Positions 9,577 through 19,537 of a DNA stretch of 64,000 nucleotides are shown here, one piece after another. A model generated the notes under the pieces. The model did not search any database, was not told where the DNA came from, and saw only the letters and a program-made list of their open reading frames with translations. A program made the position numbers and the translations under genes. The first letter of the stretch is position 1. The number at the start of each line of letters is the position of its first letter. The stretch is from the NCBI GenBank assembly GCA_013214205.1, contig JABSPQ010000435.1:9943-73942 (forward strand), given 5' to 3'. Source of the stretch: Flavobacteriales bacterium. Lineage in GTDB: Bacteria > Bacteroidota > Bacteroidia > DT-38.

Positions 9577-12500
9577 CTATTTATGAATAGCGATGATCTC
9601 TACCCTTCTATTTTTGTGCATTTCGGTAATCAAAAGTTTACCCAAAGAATTTCTGTCGTTTACAGCAAGCTTCGTTTCACCCTTCCATTCAACATCCATA
9701 TTTATCCATTCTAAACCTAAACCATGCAAATACCTTCCTACCCATCTAGCTCGTTCTTCGGATAAGTTTAAATTATATTCAGCAGACCCTTCCGAATCTG
9801 TGTGACCCACAATCCTAAATTTAAGGTGATCGTCGTCTTTATGTTTCCTATAAAATTCGGAGAGATAAACACAGTTAATTGATTTCATTTCGGAATGATC
9901 GAAACCGAAGTAAAAAGTTGCAACCACATCTCCTGTTGCTATGTGAGATTCATCTAATTTCTTTTTCTCTTTGTGTGCCAAAGAAGGCAAGTTGACGATT
10001 ATCTCACCTTCGTCTCTTTTGTTTTTAATCAGATTTCCGATGTCCTCTTCAATTTGTTTCGCTTCAATTAAAGTGCTATTTACTCGCTTAGCAAGATCGT
10101 TCGACTTAGCCAACTTAACTCCTGTTTGAGTCGTAGCTGCACTCTTTACAGCCACCGCATTAATATTAGGCTCAATTGTAGACGCTTCAATCACAAGCGC
10201 ATACTTCAAGTCGTTTTCCAATTTATGAAAAACAAACATCCCGTCTTTACCAACAACCTTATAACTTAATGTATCGCCATTTTCCAAAAGAAGATAAACC
10301 GTTAATCCATCGGCAAATTCCTTGGGCAATCTAGAAAAATCAAACCTACCTTCTATTGAGTTGTTTATGGCTACAACGATATCTACGTCTCCTTTCTTAT
10401 CCTCTTTACCTCCAATAAGAATAGTTAGAGCGCCATGCAGATCAACAGTATCAGGTTTTACCTTAAGCACTTTAGGTTCTACAAATAATTCGGGCTTAAT
10501 AATCGCTACGTCTACTTCTTCTTGATCGAAAAACTTAACTCCAAATTCAGACAAAGCATTACCATCCAACATTTGCTCTCTTTGCATGTCGGCCACTAAG
10601 CTATCAACAGGGACGCCAAGTTTATTGGATAGTTGTTCAATATGACTCATCGTGGCCAAATCTTCCTCAATCATACCAACAATAAACTTGTGATATGGCC
10701 GCTCTACTCCATCTTCTAACAATTTGGCTGGCACCATAATCTCTTTAATTTGTGCATATATCGTGGTATCTTCCCTAAGTAAAGTAACCAATGAATCTTG
10801 AGAGATATAAAATTTAATATCCGCCTTATTTGCAAATTCAATCTCATTATCGGTGTGCATTAAACTGCTCACAAATTCACTATACGACTCGTCTCTATTC
10901 TGAGAAATTCCTTCTAAAGAATCACTAAACGCAATCACATCCTTAATCTGATTATAAACAGAGCTGTCTTCCTTCATTATGCTACTAAGGGAATCTTCTG
11001 AAATAAAGAACTTTACCTGGCTCTTATCCATTGATTGGGTTTCGGAAGAGTTTTTAGCTAGCTCAATAAACGAAGACTTCAAATCGTCGACAAAACTTTT
11101 CGCATTGCCATCTCCATCTGCTAAAGAATCCACATTCACAACTTCATCAATATCAAAATAGGCATTTTCCAAAACCACTTTTTGCCCAATTACATTCCCT
11201 CTCATATCCGTAATATGAAAATGTTTTATCTCCTGATAGAACTGATAATAAGAGATTTGCGTAGGAATTCGATATTCTTCCTGATAGGCAACAAACCCTT
11301 CTGTTTCTACCCTTATATCGTAGGTAATGCCATGTGGAAGCAACAACAAGTATTCGCCCGTAATAGAATCAGAATAATGAACCGAGAGCTCTTCCCCAGT
11401 TCCTTTATCCAAAATAGAAATCCGAGCAAAACTAGGAATCTGATCCTGACCACTTAAAACCAACCCTTTAATCTCTGCAAACAAGGTTCGTTCTTCGGCA
11501 AACGTAAGGCGATAAACATCCATTCTACCATAACCTCCAACTTGGTTAGATGAGTAGTAAGCCCTATTAAACTTGGGTGTCATCATAAAGAAAACATCGT
11601 CGCCAGCAGAGTTTACAGGATATCCAATATTTACCGGCGACCTCCATTTACGTTTATGTAATTCCGTTTTAAACACGTCGTAGCCACCAATACTAGAGTG
11701 CCCTTTAGATGAAAAATAAAGCGTTTTACCATTCGGATCGATATATGGCGCATCCTCATCGTACCTTGTATTTACAACCGGCCCCATATTCTTAGGCTCA
11801 TGCCACGTACCATCGCGTTTCTTGGTGGTAACGTACAAGTCTAAACCTCCATAACCACCCGTTCTATCGCTAGAGAAGAACATTACATCTTCATTAATAG
11901 ACAATGTTAAACTTGGTTCAAAAGCTTCATTATTAAACACCGATCCAAAGTGCTTCAACTTAATTGGAGTTTCCCAGCCCGAACTCGATTTGGCAGAAAC
12001 CCAAAGATTAAAATCACGATAGATGAACAACTTTTTTCCGTCGGCTGAAAATTGAACCGCTCCTTCATGTTTATCTGAATTAAATTTCAATCCAATGTTT
12101 TGAGGCTTCGAAGTCTTTATTTCTTTAAGAATGCTGTAGTAACCGATGTTGCTTTTTTGATTGTACAAATCTGTTTCCGATACCCTACCTTGCTGAACAT
12201 CCATCAAATAAATATCCTCATAATAATCGCCATCGGGAGATAATTCTCCTCCAGTTGTGGTTGGCGATCTACTTGTAAAAGCTAATTTTTTCTCGTCTGT
12301 AGAAATTACTGGCGCGTACTCCGAGTATTCGGTATTCACATCTGGTCCTAAGTTTTCTATCACCACATCAACGGGCACTTCCACCAATACCTTACCATAA
12401 TTACAACGATTTACTTCGTCGTCGAGTAAAAACAGAATCTCCAACAACTCTTTAATTACCCTGTCCTCATAAATCAATTTCATTTGCTGGGCCTGTTCTC

Positions 12501-13047
12501 CAGTACCATTATCCGTATAATATTTTTTAAGGCTTTCAACCTCAAACTGAAGATCGAACTCTACATAAGACCTATACTTTTTATAGCTTTTAATAGCAGC
12601 AGAAAACTGATGTGTTAAATGATTCGCCTTGGCCAAATAATAAAAAGCATCAACAGGAGAAGAGCTAGAGAATGAATCGAAGTCTACTACAGATAAATTA
12701 AAGTGCTCGATGGCCTCCTTATTTTTATCCATTTTGTAAAAACACATCCCAACCCGGTAATGATAAAATGTATTTTCGGGGTTTTCTAATGATAATTTAA
12801 GGTATTGAACCAATGCATCGCGATGATTCGCTTCTTCAAATAAAGAATTTGCTGTACGAGGATTTGCTTTTACGTCTTCCAACTGCGCCATTGTTTGCAC
12901 AGAAGCCCCCGTTAACAGTAACAGGCACACCATAAACACGATAGCTTTTACGAACTTTATCATGTAATTGAGTAGAAATGTATGTTTGACGCCATAATTC
13001 GACCCAAAACTAACGTAATTGTTTGTTTCGAGAATATGTTTTAACAA
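9577..13047 (-). CDS. Large envelope protein with a signal peptide, TPR repeats, a TolB-like beta-propeller and a C-terminal OmpA-family peptidoglycan-binding domain
   Basis: The C-terminus RIVGHTDSEGSAEYNLNLSEERARWVGRYL is an OmpA_C motif. The PD40-like repeats are YSEYAPVIST..., FNNEAFEPSL... and YDEDAPYIDPNG... The signal peptide MIKFVKAIVFMVCLLLLTGASVQTMAQ suggests the true start is ~12963. Internal tandem ~40-aa repeats lie at 10708-11025. Confidence 0.8.
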   Translation of the reverse strand: MLKHILETNNYVSFGSNYGVKHTFLLNYMIKFVKAIVFMVCLLLLTGASVQTMAQLEDVKANPRTANSLFEEANHRDALVQYLKLSLENPENTFYHYRVGMCFYKMDKNKEAIEHFNLSVVDFDSFSSSSPVDAFYYLAKANHLTHQFSAAIKSYKKYRSYVEFDLQFEVESLKKYYTDNGTGEQAQQMKLIYEDRVIKELLEILFLLDDEVNRCNYGKVLVEVPVDVVIENLGPDVNTEYSEYAPVISTDEKKLAFTSRSPTTTGGELSPDGDYYEDIYLMDVQQGRVSETDLYNQKSNIGYYSILKEIKTSKPQNIGLKFNSDKHEGAVQFSADGKKLFIYRDFNLWVSAKSSSGWETPIKLKHFGSVFNNEAFEPSLTLSINEDVMFFSSDRTGGYGGLDLYVTTKKRDGTWHEPKNMGPVVNTRYDEDAPYIDPNGKTLYFSSKGHSSIGGYDVFKTELHKRKWRSPVNIGYPVNSAGDDVFFMMTPKFNRAYYSSNQVGGYGRMDVYRLTFAEERTLFAEIKGLVLSGQDQIPSFARISILDKGTGEELSVHYSDSITGEYLLLLPHGITYDIRVETEGFVAYQEEYRIPTQISYYQFYQEIKHFHITDMRGNVIGQKVVLENAYFDIDEVVNVDSLADGDGNAKSFVDDLKSSFIELAKNSSETQSMDKSQVKFFISEDSLSSIMKEDSSVYNQIKDVIAFSDSLEGISQNRDESYSEFVSSLMHTDNEIEFANKADIKFYISQDSLVTLLREDTTIYAQIKEIMVPAKLLEDGVERPYHKFIVGMIEEDLATMSHIEQLSNKLGVPVDSLVADMQREQMLDGNALSEFGVKFFDQEEVDVAIIKPELFVEPKVLKVKPDTVDLHGALTILIGGKEDKKGDVDIVVAINNSIEGRFDFSRLPKEFADGLTVYLLLENGDTLSYKVVGKDGMFVFHKLENDLKYALVIEASTIEPNINAVAVKSAATTQTGVKLAKSNDLAKRVNSTLIEAKQIEEDIGNLIKNKRDEGEIIVNLPSLAHKEKKKLDESHIATGDVVATFYFGFDHSEMKSINCVYLSEFYRKHKDDDHLKFRIVGHTDSEGSAEYNLNLSEERARWVGRYLHGLGLEWINMDVEWKGETKLAVNDRNSLGKLLITEMHKNRRVEIIAIHK

Positions 13048-13084
13048 GAAATACAGCGTATTCCTTCAAAATAAATCGACTCAT

Positions 13085-13774
13085 TTATTTTACAAATTTG
13101 TACCCCACTCCTCTAACCGATTGAAAGTGGATTGGTTTCTTAGGATCTTGCTCAAAAAAGCGCCTAAACGTAACTATAAAATTATCTATAGTTCGAGTAG
13201 ATGGATACCTGCTAACACCCCATACCATTTCGAGTATTTGATTGCGAGAAACTACTTTATCTTGATGATCTACTAGTAATCGCAACAGTTTAATTTCTTT
13301 TTGAGAAAAAGTAAGCTCATCACCTTGGGCATTCGACACCGCATAAGTAGAAAAATTAACACTGTTTCCACCAAACTTAAATTCTATATCATCGCTACTG
13401 TGTTGGGCATTGCTTCTTTTTACCAGACTTTTTACGCGGAGCAGAAATTCTTCTAAATCAAAAGGCTTGCCCAAGTAATCATCGGCACCTAACTTTAAGC
13501 CATAAACTTTGTCTTTACTGGTGCCTTTAGCCGTAAGGAATAAGATTGGCACCAAGTTGTTATCGGCTCTAATTTTCTGACACAATGCATAGCCGTCAAT
13601 TTCAGGAAGCATTACGTCAAGAATAATGAGATCGAAAGGCATCTCTTTAAACTTGTTTAACGCACTCAATCCATCTCCAACATCTATTACATCATACCCC
13701 TCTAATTTTAAGTTCAGAGCGATTGTATCTCTAAGATGTTCCTCATCTTCAACCAGCAGAATTCGCTTCTTCAT
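13085..13774 (-). CDS. OmpR-family DNA-binding response regulator
   Basis: The receiver domain is ILLVEDEEHLRD...ILDVMLPEIDG...LFLTAKG. The winged-helix C-terminus is VVSRNQILEMVWG...TIDNFIVTFRR. No histidine kinase is adjacent. Confidence 0.9.
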   Translation of the reverse strand: MKKRILLVEDEEHLRDTIALNLKLEGYDVIDVGDGLSALNKFKEMPFDLIILDVMLPEIDGYALCQKIRADNNLVPILFLTAKGTSKDKVYGLKLGADDYLGKPFDLEEFLLRVKSLVKRSNAQHSSDDIEFKFGGNSVNFSTYAVSNAQGDELTFSQKEIKLLRLLVDHQDKVVSRNQILEMVWGVSRYPSTRTIDNFIVTFRRFFEQDPKKPIHFQSVRGVGYKFVK

Positions 13775-13896
13775 ATCCTATTTACAATTCTGGTAAAAAT
13801 ACTGATTTCATCCATTCAAAATAAAATACCAATTCATTCTTTTTTAGTTCTTCTCCGAATGGCTAATTTTACAATATACTCAATGCATACAAAGAG

Positions 13897-15048
13897 ATGA
13901 AGGACTTAAACGATTTATTGGCGGGGGCGAATTTAGATTCCGAGATTTTAGCAATTTCTAATAAGGTTTTAAATAAGGAAAGAATTACTGATGCCGAAGG
14001 TCTTAAGATATTTAAAGACGCTGAGTTGAGCCATTTAGGCTTATTGGCAAATCACATTAGAGAAGAAAGGTTTGGTCATCATACCTTTTTCAATAGAAAT
14101 TTTCACATCGAGCCTACCAATATTTGTGTTTTCGATTGCAAGTTTTGCTCTTATTCTAGATTGCTTAGAGAAAAAGATGATTCGGCTGCTTGGGAATTGA
14201 ACGAGGAAGAAATTTACGACAAGGTTCGCAAGTATGATGGTATTCCTGTTACTGAGGTTCATATTGTTGGTGGCGTACATCCTAAAATGGGCATTGAATA
14301 TTTTGCCAACATTATTAAAAACATCAAAAAAATTAGACCCGAAATTCATGTAAAAGCCTTTACTGCTGTGGAGTTAGAATATATGTGCAGAAAAGCTAAG
14401 ATGAGTTTTAAAGAGGGTTTAACTTATTTAAAAGAGCATGGCCAAGATTCATTGCCAGGTGGAGGTGCAGAAATTTTCGACGAAGACATCAGAAAACAAA
14501 TCTGTGACGATAAATGCAGTACCGCTCAATGGTTAGAGATTCACGAAACGGCTCACGAAGTAGGTATGCCTTCTAACGCAACTATGCTTTACGGACACAT
14601 TGAGTCGCCCGAACACCTTATTGACCACATGAGTAGGTTAAGAACCTTGCAAGACAAAACTAACGGCTTCAACACATTTATTCCGCTAAAGTTCAGGAAT
14701 GGAAACAATCAAATGTCTCACATAAAAGAGTCGAGTGTTATAGACGATTTAAGAACGTATGCGATGTCTAGAATTTTCTTGGACAACTTCAATCACATTA
14801 AGGCCTACTGGCCTATGATTGGCAAAGAAACTACCAAGATGCTATTAAATTATGGTGTTGACGATATTGATGGAACCATCGACGACAGCACAAAAATTTA
14901 TTCTTTGGCTGGTGCCGAAGATCAAAACCCAGCAATGTCTACTGAGGAAATTGTTAAACTAATTTCTCAAGCCGGGCGTCACCCAATAGAACGTGGTACA
15001 CTTTACGAAGCAATTAAAGATTACGGCGTTGAAGAAAGTGTTGCTTAA
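13897..15048 (+). CDS. Radical SAM enzyme of the MqnC/MqnE (futalosine pathway)/CofH family
   Basis: The CX3CX2C motif is NICVFDCKFCSY. The ~380-aa length and the C-terminal YGHIESPEHLIDHM...FIPLKF block are typical of the futalosine-pathway cyclase/synthase. Confidence 0.6.
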   Translation: MKDLNDLLAGANLDSEILAISNKVLNKERITDAEGLKIFKDAELSHLGLLANHIREERFGHHTFFNRNFHIEPTNICVFDCKFCSYSRLLREKDDSAAWELNEEEIYDKVRKYDGIPVTEVHIVGGVHPKMGIEYFANIIKNIKKIRPEIHVKAFTAVELEYMCRKAKMSFKEGLTYLKEHGQDSLPGGGAEIFDEDIRKQICDDKCSTAQWLEIHETAHEVGMPSNATMLYGHIESPEHLIDHMSRLRTLQDKTNGFNTFIPLKFRNGNNQMSHIKESSVIDDLRTYAMSRIFLDNFNHIKAYWPMIGKETTKMLLNYGVDDIDGTIDDSTKIYSLAGAEDQNPAMSTEEIVKLISQAGRHPIERGTLYEAIKDYGVEESVA

Positions 15049-15142
15049 GCAAAAAAACTAAAGATAAAGGGTTATCGATTCTCAAAATTGCGATCAATCA
15101 GATAATGTAGTAACAAGAACTTCTACGGGATGCCCGATTTAA

Positions 15143-16195
15143 TTAGTATTTAGAAGTTTCGGCATAACCACGCCATTTCTCTATTACTTCTTGCATATCC
15201 GACGGAATATCCGACTCAAAAAACAAGTCTTCATCAGTAGATGGGTGTTTGAATCCTAGTGTTTTTGCATGTAAAGCTTGACGTGGACATATTTTAAAAC
15301 AGTTTTGAATAAACTGTTTGTACTTGGTAAAAGTGGTGCCTTTTAAAATTCTATCTCCGCCGTATTCGTTGTCGTTAAACAAAGGATGGCCAAGGTATTT
15401 CATGTGAATTCGAATCTGGTGGGTTCTGCCAGTTTCGAGTTTGCACTCTACCAACGTAACGTACCCAAAACGTTCCAGTACTTTATAATTGGTAATGGCT
15501 CTTTTGCCTTGATCTTTCTCTTCAAAAACCGTCATTACCTTTCTATTCTTCGGGCTTCTGCCAACAAATTCATCAATAGTACCAGCATCTTCCTTTACGT
15601 CGCCCCAAACCAAAGCCACATATTCTCTGTCGATATCTCTATCGAAAAAGTATTTTGCCAACTTGGTCATAGAAATTTCGTTCTTGGCAATTACCATCAA
15701 ACCAGTTGTATTCTTATCTAATCGATGCACCAAACCCGGGCGAGTCTCATCCCCTTTTCCCGTAGGCAAATTCTGAAAATGATAAATGAGTGCATTAATC
15801 AGCGTACCCGAATAATGACCATACGCTGGATGAACAACTATTTCAGATTGTTTATTTATGATAATAAAATCATCGTTTTCGTGGGTAACGTTTAACGGTA
15901 TATCCTCAGGAATAAGTTCTATAACCCTTGGAGGATAAGGCAATACTATAGAGATTACATCTCCGGGCTTTACCTTATAACTCGATTTTACCGTTTTATC
16001 GTTTACACGAATACTCCCCGATTGAGCAGAGCTTTGAATTCGGTTTCGCGTAACATTTGGTAATTTATCGAAGAGAAATTTATCGATTCGCAGTAGATTC
16101 TGACCTGGGTCAACTGTAAAACCGTGATGTTCGAACAAGTCTTGTTCATCCTCAGAATCTGCAACTTGCTCTGAAGATTTATTAGAATCCGTCAT
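15143..16195 (-). CDS. rluD: RluA/RluD-family 23S rRNA pseudouridine synthase
   Basis: It has an S4-like N-terminus and the catalytic motif HRLDKNTTGLMVIAKN. Confidence 0.88.
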   Translation of the reverse strand: MTDSNKSSEQVADSEDEQDLFEHHGFTVDPGQNLLRIDKFLFDKLPNVTRNRIQSSAQSGSIRVNDKTVKSSYKVKPGDVISIVLPYPPRVIELIPEDIPLNVTHENDDFIIINKQSEIVVHPAYGHYSGTLINALIYHFQNLPTGKGDETRPGLVHRLDKNTTGLMVIAKNEISMTKLAKYFFDRDIDREYVALVWGDVKEDAGTIDEFVGRSPKNRKVMTVFEEKDQGKRAITNYKVLERFGYVTLVECKLETGRTHQIRIHMKYLGHPLFNDNEYGGDRILKGTTFTKYKQFIQNCFKICPRQALHAKTLGFKHPSTDEDLFFESDIPSDMQEVIEKWRGYAETSKY

Positions 16196-18414
16196 TTTGA
16201 TACCATAAACTTTTTGGTAATGGACTTACCTGAATTATTATCCGTCAAATGTAGTACATACATTCCGTTACTAAAGCCCGAAACATCAACAATCATCCTC
16301 GAATTATCAACGAGGTAACTACTCACTATTCTTCCATACATATCTAAAATACGAAAGGAAAAATCATTCTCGAATCGATCATAATCAACCGTAATATTTA
16401 ATTCGTTGCTAACTGGGTTAGGATATAGAGACAACGTAATTGGCACATCATTACTTTCTGGCACAGTAAATATTACACCCTCTGTTCGTCCAAAAACAGG
16501 CCGCATCATCAATGCTCCTTCAATCGGAGAAGGCGTCCAAGCACCATTGTAATAATAACTCACCTTATCTTGGCTGTCGTTATTTCTATCTAATCCAACA
16601 ATAATTTTATTTAGCTCGGGACCCGAAATTGGCGGCTGCACCCAACCAATGTAATATTTTCCGGCAGGAACAACTGTAGGCGTATCTAAATAATAAGTGG
16701 CGTATTTATTATTGCGATGACCATATGTATACTCAGGTAATACCGTTTTCTCGGACAGGTAAAAAGCATCGTCTTTAGAACCCAAAGAAGTATAGATAAC
16801 AGGGAAAAATGGATTTAATGAAATATCATCCACTACTGGGCTAAAGTAATATTGAATTGCGGTCATGGTATCCGTAGTGTCCAATGTAAACTCCATTGCC
16901 GTAGACACCCAATCGCCGATTAATTGAAACGCAGATTCTGCACTACCATCATCGTAAGCATAATGGTTTAGAAACTTTTGTTGATGCCAAATGGTGTCTT
17001 GTACAGTAAAGTTATCCGTTGCAGAACTCGTAAAATATGCTGTATTAAAAACTCCAAACTCATTCACATTGTCCTCAAAAACATCAGTAGTTAATGGAAT
17101 GATATGAGTATGAACACTATCCAAAGGATGATCAAACTGAGCAGTAACATCATATAATTCAACACCAGTTGTATCGAAAATGAAAAAACCACGATCGTAC
17201 ACTTTGTTTTCTGTCCATACATTCGACACTTTCACTTCAAGCTCTTCTTTTAAATATTCAGTTGGATTCCTTGTAAAATGGTCCCAAGGCATTTCTTGAT
17301 AATCCTTTAAAGCTGTGGGCAGTTTTTCGACAAAGAACACTTCTTTTAAAATAGTATCGCTTACAGTTCTATCGTTGCTTAAAAAAACAGCATCCAAGTG
17401 CCAATGATCTAAATTGCCCGATAATGTGGCATAGTTTCTAAATCTAAACTGAAATCCCTTCATCAAATAAAGCGTATCGGCTATAGGCAACATTACGTTT
17501 TTAAAAGGCATTAACGTTCTACCTGGCACGCTCCAAATATGATCCCATGTATTTGTTTCGGGCGACCAATATTCTAAAAACAAAGAATCTTTTTCTTGCG
17601 GATCGTTCCCTATCCCTTCGGCTTGGTAGTAAAAGCTTAAGTAAACAGAATCACTTGGAAATAAATTTAAATTGATGGGCATAGAAGTTAATGTATCTGC
17701 AGAACCCGTGGCAGTTTGAGACATACCCAAATCATATGGAGCTCCTCTCCCATCAACTCCATCAAACGTAGCAACTCCGATCGAAACGGGATCAATTGCA
17801 TAATTATCGTTTATGTAAATACCATCTCCATACCAAAGCGAAGTTGCATCTTCATCCACCACCGTGTTGGTTTCTAATATTAAAGTACTAGTAAGTACTT
17901 GAATGGTATCCTTAACCAAACTTGTTAAAGTATCATACACAATTTGCTCAAAAGGCTCATAAACGTTTTGTGTAGATAGTAATTCCCCTGTTTCTGGATG
18001 ATAGAAATACAACGTTACTGTTTCGGCAACTATAGTAGAATCCGTTACAGAATTGGTTGCGTCCCAAAAGTAAGTGTAGGCATCTCTACTAGAGTATGTA
18101 AATGTATCCACTGGCAGAAGATCCACTGTATGGCTATATACCAGGGTTGTGTTTAAATCTCCAATATCATGTTTACCTAAACCTTTGATATTATTGGTAG
18201 AAAAGTCATCAAAAAATGGCAAGTCAAGCGTATCTAACTTAAAGATGATGTTATCTCTTTTAATGCTTTTTTCTAGAGATGAATTAACATCATAAATTTC
18301 GGGATTAATACTCAGTGGAAGTTCAGTCACTTGAGAAAACCCTGCAGTTGAAAAGAGCACACAAAACAAAATAATGGCAGTGCCCGTTAACTTTTTAAAA
18401 GCCGATAAAATCAT
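16192..18414 (-). CDS. Secreted protein with a type IX secretion (T9SS) C-terminal sorting domain
   Basis: It has a signal peptide (MILSAFKKLTGTAIILFCVLFSTAGFSQ). The C-terminus ...LYPNPVSNELNITVD...GMYVLHLTDNNSGKSITKKFMVSK is a type-A CTD. It overlaps rluD by 4 nt. Confidence 0.75.
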   Translation of the reverse strand: MILSAFKKLTGTAIILFCVLFSTAGFSQVTELPLSINPEIYDVNSSLEKSIKRDNIIFKLDTLDLPFFDDFSTNNIKGLGKHDIGDLNTTLVYSHTVDLLPVDTFTYSSRDAYTYFWDATNSVTDSTIVAETVTLYFYHPETGELLSTQNVYEPFEQIVYDTLTSLVKDTIQVLTSTLILETNTVVDEDATSLWYGDGIYINDNYAIDPVSIGVATFDGVDGRGAPYDLGMSQTATGSADTLTSMPINLNLFPSDSVYLSFYYQAEGIGNDPQEKDSLFLEYWSPETNTWDHIWSVPGRTLMPFKNVMLPIADTLYLMKGFQFRFRNYATLSGNLDHWHLDAVFLSNDRTVSDTILKEVFFVEKLPTALKDYQEMPWDHFTRNPTEYLKEELEVKVSNVWTENKVYDRGFFIFDTTGVELYDVTAQFDHPLDSVHTHIIPLTTDVFEDNVNEFGVFNTAYFTSSATDNFTVQDTIWHQQKFLNHYAYDDGSAESAFQLIGDWVSTAMEFTLDTTDTMTAIQYYFSPVVDDISLNPFFPVIYTSLGSKDDAFYLSEKTVLPEYTYGHRNNKYATYYLDTPTVVPAGKYYIGWVQPPISGPELNKIIVGLDRNNDSQDKVSYYYNGAWTPSPIEGALMMRPVFGRTEGVIFTVPESNDVPITLSLYPNPVSNELNITVDYDRFENDFSFRILDMYGRIVSSYLVDNSRMIVDVSGFSNGMYVLHLTDNNSGKSITKKFMVSK

Positions 18415-18550
18415 TCTAATATTAGGTCAAATAATAAGAAGGCAAGATACTCTTTTCTTCACTGACGGAAAACGTCTTTTAACTTCAATTATTATTAATT
18501 CTTAAAAGTTGTAATAACCTCAACATTCTTCCTTACTTAACACTTCACAT

Positions 18551-19537
18551 TTAACACTTAATCTCCGCCATCAACTCAGTAACCACCAAAGCATCCTTAA
18601 GAGAACACCCCTGTGTATTTTTAACATTTCCTAAAACAGCCGTCTCAATAAAATTGATACTCTGACCTAAAAAACCTGGTTTAAAATCATTGATATTATC
18701 GTTATAATAAGTCTCGGTAACCTTCGGACTATAAGACCTCATGCCTACATAACCAGATTCCGTAACCTCCATTCCCTCATAAATCCTCACCTCTTCCAAA
18801 GGCGATAACTCCAGCTTATTTCCTATTCCGTGAAACGTAATTCCAAACTTCGTAGGGCTTCCCCAGTTGGCAATTAGATGAATAGGCCCTTTCGATTTCG
18901 ATTTAAAAATGGCATTATACCCTTGAATCCCCTTATTCCTTTTCGAAACATACTCAACCTGCAAAGGTGATTTACCTAACAAAAAGTAAAGGAGATCGAT
19001 GGGATGACATGAGTTGGCCAAAAACAATTCGTCTTGTTCCTGCTTATTTAACCCTTCCCGATAAGGTTCTGAAACATGAACTTCTATAGAAGCAATCGTG
19101 TTATTTTTAATCCAATTTTTAACTTCGGGAACGAAATCATAAAACCTTCGATTAAAACCAACTTGAATTTTCTTAGAATTCTGTGGATAATTCTTCAACC
19201 ATTTTTCAATTTTAATGGGCTTGAGAGCAACGGGCTTTTCAACTAAAATGGGGAGATTGTAGCCTATTATTTCATCAATAACTTTTTCCGTTGCTTTCCA
19301 CGACGACAAAACTACTATGGCATCTGGTTGCTCCGATTCAATCAATTGCTTGTTGCTCGTGTAGCCGTTAATTTTATGCTTGGCAACAAATGATTTTAAA
19401 TGTTTTGAATTCGTTGTTGCGCTGGCAGCAACTACATCTACGCCAAGGGCAGTAAATACATTGTAATGATATTCGGCTATAGAGCCACAACCGATAAAAA
19501 CTATTTTGAGCTGATTATTTGAATAATCTGGCAGCAT
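18551..19537 (-). CDS. Gfo/Idh/MocA-family NAD(P)-dependent oxidoreductase
   Basis: The Rossmann N-terminus is KIVFIGCGSIAEYHYNVF. It abuts the PASTA gene by 1 nt. Confidence 0.75.
   Translation of the reverse strand: MLPDYSNNQLKIVFIGCGSIAEYHYNVFTALGVDVVAASATTNSKHLKSFVAKHKINGYTSNKQLIESEQPDAIVVLSSWKATEKVIDEIIGYNLPILVEKPVALKPIKIEKWLKNYPQNSKKIQVGFNRRFYDFVPEVKNWIKNNTIASIEVHVSEPYREGLNKQEQDELFLANSCHPIDLLYFLLGKSPLQVEYVSKRNKGIQGYNAIFKSKSKGPIHLIANWGSPTKFGITFHGIGNKLELSPLEEVRIYEGMEVTESGYVGMRSYSPKVTETYYNDNINDFKPGFLGQSINFIETAVLGNVKNTQGCSLKDALVVTELMAEIKC

Noticed and set aside
12964-13047. An N-terminal 28-aa extension of the OmpA-family giant protein (MLKHILETNNYVSFG...)
   Set aside because: A typical signal peptide begins at the internal Met (MIKFVKAIVFMVCLLLL). 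The upstream extension is probably not translated. The feature was kept at the track coordinates with this caveat.
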